Shown here piece after piece: positions 23,295 through 27,610 of a DNA stretch of 27,610 nucleotides; the stretch's first letter is position 1, and each line of letters opens with the position of its first letter. The position numbers and the translations under genes are program-made. Location of the stretch: positions 1 through 27,610 of the IMG/VR virus record IMGVR_UViG_3300047374_000128, one strand, 5' to 3'. The notes under the pieces are model-generated. The model was not told the DNA's origin. It worked only from the letters and a program-made list of their open reading frames with translations, and made no database searches. Source of the DNA: a virus. Its lineage: Duplodnaviria > Caudoviricetes.

Positions 23295-23887
23295 TACTTT
23301 GCAATTTCGTTTGCAGTGAACAATACCCGATGTCCACTACGAATGTGTGTCCCTTCGAACACAGGTATACCCAAAATGTCGTGGCAAAGATTATTTTCTT
23401 CTACACGAATCTTGTCGTCTTTTCGTACAACTTCATGATATTGGTCGGTCATAGAGTCATTGCGCATTCTGTACATACCCTGACCAAGATTACCATCTTC
23501 CAACACATACCACTGAGAGTTTTCTAGAAGCACATCCATGATGTCGATTCCAGTTTCTTCGTGTATTTTTTGGAGTTGATTGTCGGATAGTTCGCCGTGT
23601 TCTTTAATCAACGCAAGAGCTGCACCATAACGCGCAACAACAGATGAACCGCCAGGCACTTTTGCCATAAGTCTTTTGAGATTAAATACGAGACGGTGAA
23701 ACGCAGTGTAGTGCGAACGATAGGCATCACGATTATCCATCGTGTCCATAGAGAAATCTTTTCTTTTATTACCGTCCGCGTCGATGATGCCAGCTTTAAA
23801 CGCGTTGGTGTCCTCGAACTTAGTCACGAGTAGTTTTAGAAAACGAATTGTATAGACGATGTCCGCCGCTGACTTTAGAATTCCCAT
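23294..23887 (-). CDS. conserved T4-like phage hypothetical protein
   Basis: YTIRFLKLLVT.F..T.AFK.GIID.DG and YTAFHRLVFNLKRL motifs; TAATG coupling on both sides. Confidence 0.85.
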   Translation of the reverse strand: MGILKSAADIVYTIRFLKLLVTKFEDTNAFKAGIIDADGNKRKDFSMDTMDNRDAYRSHYTAFHRLVFNLKRLMAKVPGGSSVVARYGAALALIKEHGELSDNQLQKIHEETGIDIMDVLLENSQWYVLEDGNLGQGMYRMRNDSMTDQYHEVVRKDDKIRVEENNLCHDILGIPVFEGTHIRSGHRVLFTANEIAK

Positions 23888-24243
23888 TAGAGTGTTCTCA
23901 ATTTTTCTATTACGTATTTATCCATTTCTATACCTGTAATGTCTTCAGAACGTATGGCACGTAAAAACACTAGAAAAGGTTTCAGTGTGGGCCACTGTTC
24001 AAGCGGTATCTTAAGTGCCAACATCTCAACACCTGCTTCATGACCAAATACATTAAAGATTACGATAAGATGATTGAGGATAAGACGTTCGGCCAAATCA
24101 CCGTTCTGGTGATACCGATTGATTAGTCGTTTGACATACTTAAATCGTTTTAGATCGTCAAAGAACTCTTCACCGTCAATATGCTTAGGGTTGTAGTAAT
24201 GTTTTGCAGCATACACGATCAAATTATTTTTGGTTAACTTCAT
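23887..24243 (-). CDS. conserved T4-like phage hypothetical protein
   Basis: YAAKHYYNP...EFFDDLKRFKY...ERLILNHLIVIFNVFG...LKPFLVFL. Confidence 0.85.
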   Translation of the reverse strand: MKLTKNNLIVYAAKHYYNPKHIDGEEFFDDLKRFKYVKRLINRYHQNGDLAERLILNHLIVIFNVFGHEAGVEMLALKIPLEQWPTLKPFLVFLRAIRSEDITGIEMDKYVIEKLRTL

Positions 24244-24276
24244 AATATGGGTCTACAAACTTCAAGTCTTCGCATT

Positions 24277-24283
24277 TATTTAG
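24277..24283 (-). promoter_or_regulatory. late promoter variant CTAAATA
   Basis: CTAAATA between the terminator and the ATG at 24243. Confidence 0.5.
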
Positions 24284-24302
24284 TTCTTTTTTTCGGACAC
24301 AC

Positions 24303-24343
24303 AAAAAACCGTCGACTTTTTAAGATAAGGCGACGGTTCTTTT
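24303..24343 (-). terminator. intrinsic terminator (possibly bidirectional)
   Basis: AACCGTCG-N16-CGACGGTT, flanked by A6 on the left and T-rich sequence on the right. Confidence 0.7.
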
Positions 24344-24360
24344 CAAACTCTGGGAAATTT

Positions 24361-24573
24361 TTACTCTGAGTCTTTTACTTCAAAGATGTAAGGTGCATCT
24401 TCTACAGGTTCTACAACTGGTTTTGACTTAGCAGGTTTTTTCTTTGGACCATGCCATTCGTCAACCTGTTCTTGTGTAAAACTTTGTGACTTTAGTAGTT
24501 CGCAAGTTCTTGGATGATGCCAACCTTTTGTGCTTGGTACGGCATCTTTACACCACGATGGAGCTTTAATCAT
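24361..24573 (-). CDS. hypothetical protein
   Basis: 70 aa with P.W...AVP..KGW.HP.T.ELL pattern and a Lys/Pro-rich tail. Confidence 0.75.
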   Translation of the reverse strand: MIKAPSWCKDAVPSTKGWHHPRTCELLKSQSFTQEQVDEWHGPKKKPAKSKPVVEPVEDAPYIFEVKDSE

Positions 24574-24574
24574 A

Positions 24575-25432
24575 TTACTTACCCTTTACTGGATTAACGA
24601 TAGACTTATCGCCATTTGACAAGTTGTCTGCACCACTACGAGCAGGTGATTGCTTCATGTCCTTACCTGCTGCCTTGAAGACTGTATCGTGAGACTTTTC
24701 TTCTTCGTCTTCGACTTTCTTATCAGACTTCTTATGCATACCGATGACTTTCTTGTCGTGGTCAGATGAGTGATCATCATGCTTCTCTGGAGCAGTTGCA
24801 CCTTTCTTAGGGTCAATCGCTTCAGCCATTTCTGACCACATCTTTTCAAAATCAGAACGAAGGTCTAGACTCTCGATCTTAGAGATCTCTGACTTCTTGT
24901 CAGCCGTCTTAGGGTTCTTCTTAACTGGATTCTCTTCATCATCCTTTGCATCGATTGCATCGTCAGTTGCAGCACGACGCTTGTGTAGGTATTCGTCCGA
25001 AGAATCTACATCGCCGTCATTGTCGATGTCCTTGTCCTTACGATTCTTGAACTTCTTGTCGTTCTCTTTATCGTCTACTGGATCAAGTTTCTTCTCTGAT
25101 ACTTCGTGGTAACCTTTGTTATCGCAGTGATCACAACCTTCGCCTTCACACTTAGGACATTCTTCTTGTCCTTCTTTGTAAGACTTTTTACCACACGCTT
25201 CGTCGAGTTCTTCTTCGACTTCTTCGTTAACAGTGCCACTCTTTCTCAAGAAATCTTTTACGCCAATTGCCTTAGCGCCTTTGATTCCGTTTGCAGCGAG
25301 TGCCTTAGTAATAGTGGCCATACCGTATGGTCCCATATTACCGATTTTCTTTTCCTCTAGAGTTTCCTCTACCTGAGGCTCGGAGACCATTCCCAAATAC
25401 GCCTCCATAATTTTATTGATATCTGACATCAT
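24575..25432 (-). CDS. acidic/Lys-rich putative prohead core or internal protein with CxxCxGxGCxxC and EF-hand-like loop
   Basis: CPKCEGEGCDHC; DIDNDGDVDSSD; multiple [ILV]xE sites; GGAG RBS. Confidence 0.75.
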   Translation of the reverse strand: MMSDINKIMEAYLGMVSEPQVEETLEEKKIGNMGPYGMATITKALAANGIKGAKAIGVKDFLRKSGTVNEEVEEELDEACGKKSYKEGQEECPKCEGEGCDHCDNKGYHEVSEKKLDPVDDKENDKKFKNRKDKDIDNDGDVDSSDEYLHKRRAATDDAIDAKDDEENPVKKNPKTADKKSEISKIESLDLRSDFEKMWSEMAEAIDPKKGATAPEKHDDHSSDHDKKVIGMHKKSDKKVEDEEEKSHDTVFKAAGKDMKQSPARSGADNLSNGDKSIVNPVKGK

Positions 25433-25447
25433 AGTCTCCGTTGGTTG

Positions 25448-25759
25448 TTATGCATCAAAAAACATCTTCACAACAACACCAGCAAAAACAGTTGCGGATA
25501 ATGTAATAATATATTGCATTACCTTAACCGTCTTACCTTGTTCTTGAACATTGTCCTCGATTTCATCCATTCTTGCCGAAAAACGATTCATTCGTTCAAA
25601 GTGTTGTGAGTTTGCCTTTTCAATGTTAATAAGCTTTTCTTCCGCCCTTGCAAGATCAATCATTGCATCGGAAAGCTTGTCTATTTTATCCTCGATCCTT
25701 GCGAGGCGTTGCTCTTCACGTTGCACATGTTCTTGTAAAATCTGGTTGTTATCTGCCAT
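25448..25759 (-). CDS. coiled-coil protein with C-terminal TM helix (XhlA-like architecture)
   Basis: RLARIEDKIDKLSDAMIDLARAEEK heptads and a hydrophobic C-terminus. Confidence 0.75.
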   Translation of the reverse strand: MADNNQILQEHVQREEQRLARIEDKIDKLSDAMIDLARAEEKLINIEKANSQHFERMNRFSARMDEIEDNVQEQGKTVKVMQYIITLSATVFAGVVVKMFFDA

Positions 25760-25788
25760 GTTTCGATCAGCCCATTAGTATTGATGAT

Positions 25789-25838
25789 ATAAGTCATATG
25801 ATAATTATAACTTAATGTAATATAATTAGTTGACTTAT
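25789..25838. repeat. AT-rich nested inverted repeat
   Basis: ATAAGTCA(25789-96)/TGACTTAT(25831-38) enclosing TAATTATA(25802-09)/TATAATTA(25821-28). Confidence 0.7.
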
Positions 25839-25854
25839 GATTTAGGTTTGTTTC

Positions 25855-25862
25855 TATTTATA
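25855..25862 (-). promoter_or_regulatory. T4-type late promoter
   Basis: Exact TATAAATA on the minus strand just after the stop of 25871-26188. Confidence 0.75.
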
Positions 25863-25870
25863 ACAATCAA

Positions 25871-26188
25871 TTACCATGCGCGACACGACCAATAGCGTGC
25901 CTTCCACTTCGGGCCAGGATCTGCACAATTGTGCCTAGCTCGAAAACTTTTACGACGAGCAGGGTTGTCTTTCTTGATCTCCATGTTCGGATCACCGAAT
26001 GAGACCTTCACGACATTACCCTTCTCGTTCTTTGTGTATACGTAGAACTTCTTAGAACCACCACGTACAGGTTTATTTAGGGTTACAGTTTTACCCTGAT
26101 ATTCTGCTTCGGTTAGTTCTAACTCTTCGTCGAGAGACTTACACGCCTCACAACAACCTTCTTCTACGTACTGTTTGAATTTTTTCAT
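25871..26188 (-). CDS. basic phage protein (V.FG...RRKSFRARH.C...YWSC family) with capsid-targeting-like N-terminus
   Basis: MKKFKQYVEE start, acidic leader ending LTEAE, then a basic domain. Confidence 0.85.
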   Translation of the reverse strand: MKKFKQYVEEGCCEACKSLDEELELTEAEYQGKTVTLNKPVRGGSKKFYVYTKNEKGNVVKVSFGDPNMEIKKDNPARRKSFRARHNCADPGPKWKARYWSCRAW

Positions 26189-26586
26189 TATTCCGTTGAC
26201 TCGTTTGCTTGACGAAGTGCAGCTTGTACAGCCTTGTGTTTAGACAGACCTTTCTGCATTTTTTCAATCTCGCGAACAGCACCTGTCATATTACCGCCCA
26301 TTTTTTCGGCAGTCTTAATTGCTTTGATAAGAAGATTCCGATCTTTAATCTTGTTGTGAATTCCCATATCAGAAAGTTTCGCTTCATCAAGATCGACCGA
26401 CTCCTTTACAGGTTTGCCGTTTTTAGAAATAATGCCCTTGTACCCTTCTTTTTCCTTATCAGCAAGGAATTTCTTGGCGTACACTAATAGGTGGAAAGTC
26501 ATCGTGCGAATCGGTCCTTTCTTTGACATCGCATACTTTACGACAAACTTATCTTTGTTTTCTCTCAATTCAAAAAAATCTTTCAC
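26188..26586 (-). CDS. putative capsid internal protein (two modules)
   Basis: MKDFFELRE start (GTG); internal ESVDLDEA; Lys-rich. Confidence 0.75.
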   Translation of the reverse strand: MKDFFELRENKDKFVVKYAMSKKGPIRTMTFHLLVYAKKFLADKEKEGYKGIISKNGKPVKESVDLDEAKLSDMGIHNKIKDRNLLIKAIKTAEKMGGNMTGAVREIEKMQKGLSKHKAVQAALRQANESTE

Positions 26587-26591
26587 TTTCT

Positions 26592-26780
26592 TTAGCTTCC
26601 TCTTGAGGCTCCTCGAAATACCTTCGTTCCCGCAACTGGATTGACTGACTTAGTGTTACTACCCTTGTTATTTAGTGGGTTGAAGTTTAGTCCACCGTAG
26701 TTGTTGTCGGACGCCTGTTGCAATCTTTGTTTCTTCGCAGCAGACATTTTCTTGTTACGTGGTTTCTTCGATTTGCTCAT
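26592..26780 (-). CDS. small highly basic protein
   Basis: Probable start MSKSKKPRNKK at 26780 after an AGGA RBS. Confidence 0.7.
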   Translation of the reverse strand: MSKSKKPRNKKMSAAKKQRLQQASDNNYGGLNFNPLNNKGSNTKSVNPVAGTKVFRGASRGS

Positions 26781-26787
26781 AACTGTC

Positions 26788-27606
26788 CTATGTGATGTAC
26801 GTGTTGAGTTCGTACTTGCCACCACCCATACCATACACTTGGACAGCAAGCATCTTCTTGGGGTTGTCCTTGAGTTTCAATGTGAAACTGTTAGTGCGAC
26901 CCTCACTTGGTTTCTTAGGACCAGACGCAACCTTCGAATCGATGTCGTCTGGATCTACTATGTGACCCTTTTTCTTCGCCCATGCGTATGCGTGTTGTAA
27001 CGCAGCGGTGTAGGACTTGTGGTAAAGGTCATAACCTGAACCTGATTTGGAACCCATCTTTGTTGGTTCCTGTTTCTTTGGTGTTGCCTTGCGTTGACCA
27101 CGGTAGTATGCTTCGTCTACAGACTCTTTTTTTATTCCAGTAGAACCGTATGCAACTGCATCGCCTGGTTCCATATATTTTCTGGAAGTTCTGCCAAATT
27201 CATCGCCCGCATCTCTACCGTATTTTCTTTTTAGAGATTTCATCTTTTTGGCAAGAGCTACTCTCTTTTTGCTTCCTTTTGCAGTTTTTTCATCACCCCT
27301 GTCATTATAAACTCTAGTGGCCTCAGATGCTTCATCTACGGAGTTGATGTCCTCATTGACTACCTTGTCTGCCTTCTTGGCAATAGCGATCGCCGCCTGT
27401 TGTTCAGACGACGATGCTTCAACTGCATACCCCATCTTCTTCAGTTCGTCCTTAGAGAAAGATGGTGGTGGCTTACTGAAAAAGTCAGATGCCTTCTTAA
27501 TCTTATTTAGCCTCTTCTGCGAACCAAGTCCATGCTTCGACGCACGTGCGGAAAGACGATCTTGTGCAGACCGCCTTGCTTCTCTTATTTCAGTAAATGT
27601 TTTCAT
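26788..27606 (-). CDS. putative modular capsid internal protein
   Basis: MKTFTEIREA start; basic modules separated by AVEA, VNED, SVDEA and ESVDEA. Confidence 0.8.
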   Translation of the reverse strand: MKTFTEIREARRSAQDRLSARASKHGLGSQKRLNKIKKASDFFSKPPPSFSKDELKKMGYAVEASSSEQQAAIAIAKKADKVVNEDINSVDEASEATRVYNDRGDEKTAKGSKKRVALAKKMKSLKRKYGRDAGDEFGRTSRKYMEPGDAVAYGSTGIKKESVDEAYYRGQRKATPKKQEPTKMGSKSGSGYDLYHKSYTAALQHAYAWAKKKGHIVDPDDIDSKVASGPKKPSEGRTNSFTLKLKDNPKKMLAVQVYGMGGGKYELNTYIT

Positions 27607-27610
27607 GATT

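Noticed and set aside
426-27000. Numerous other 60-125 aa plus-strand and alternative-frame ORFs in the track
   Set aside because: They overlap well-supported minus-strand genes or promoters and lack RBSs and motifs; only 1668-1922 and 1926-2777 are accepted on the plus strand
1-27610. Stop-codon reassignment, tRNA or rRNA genes
   Set aside because: Known enzymes are full length in the standard code, all three stop codons end genes, and no cloverleaf or rRNA-like sequence was seen in the short intergenic gaps

Overview
This is a 27.6 kb segment of a large T4-like (myovirus-type) bacteriophage genome, with almost all genes on the minus strand. The evidence is T4-type late promoters (TATAAATA), a T4-type lysozyme, class Ia ribonucleotide reductase nrdA/nrdB, a DenV-like glycosylase, a GIY-YIG nuclease and dense small ORFs with overlapping stop/start codons. 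In transcription order (right to left) there are six blocks. (i) A late cluster of Lys/Glu-rich proteins; several start with an MKxFxE/Q motif like the T4 internal-protein capsid-targeting sequence and are punctuated by possible prohead-protease sites. (ii) An nrd operon whose NrdA lacks an ATP cone and has a full CPYC glutaredoxin domain inserted before its C-terminal CxxC tail. (iii) An array of small early ORFs behind near-identical repeated sigma70 promoter cassettes that carry a TGTGAATATTCACA-type palindrome. (iv) Lysozyme and several holin-like genes. (v) A roughly 10 kb tailoring cluster: NodU/CmcH carbamoyltransferase, radical SAM/SPASM enzyme, a degenerate sulfotransferase-fold protein and five glycosyltransferase-like genes. 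(vi) A two-gene plus-strand late unit. The best candidates for an undescribed system are the glycan or DNA tailoring cluster and the modular capsid-targeted protein array. I recognised no tRNA, rRNA, CRISPR array, intron or intein. All family calls come from motif recognition by eye, not from database searches.
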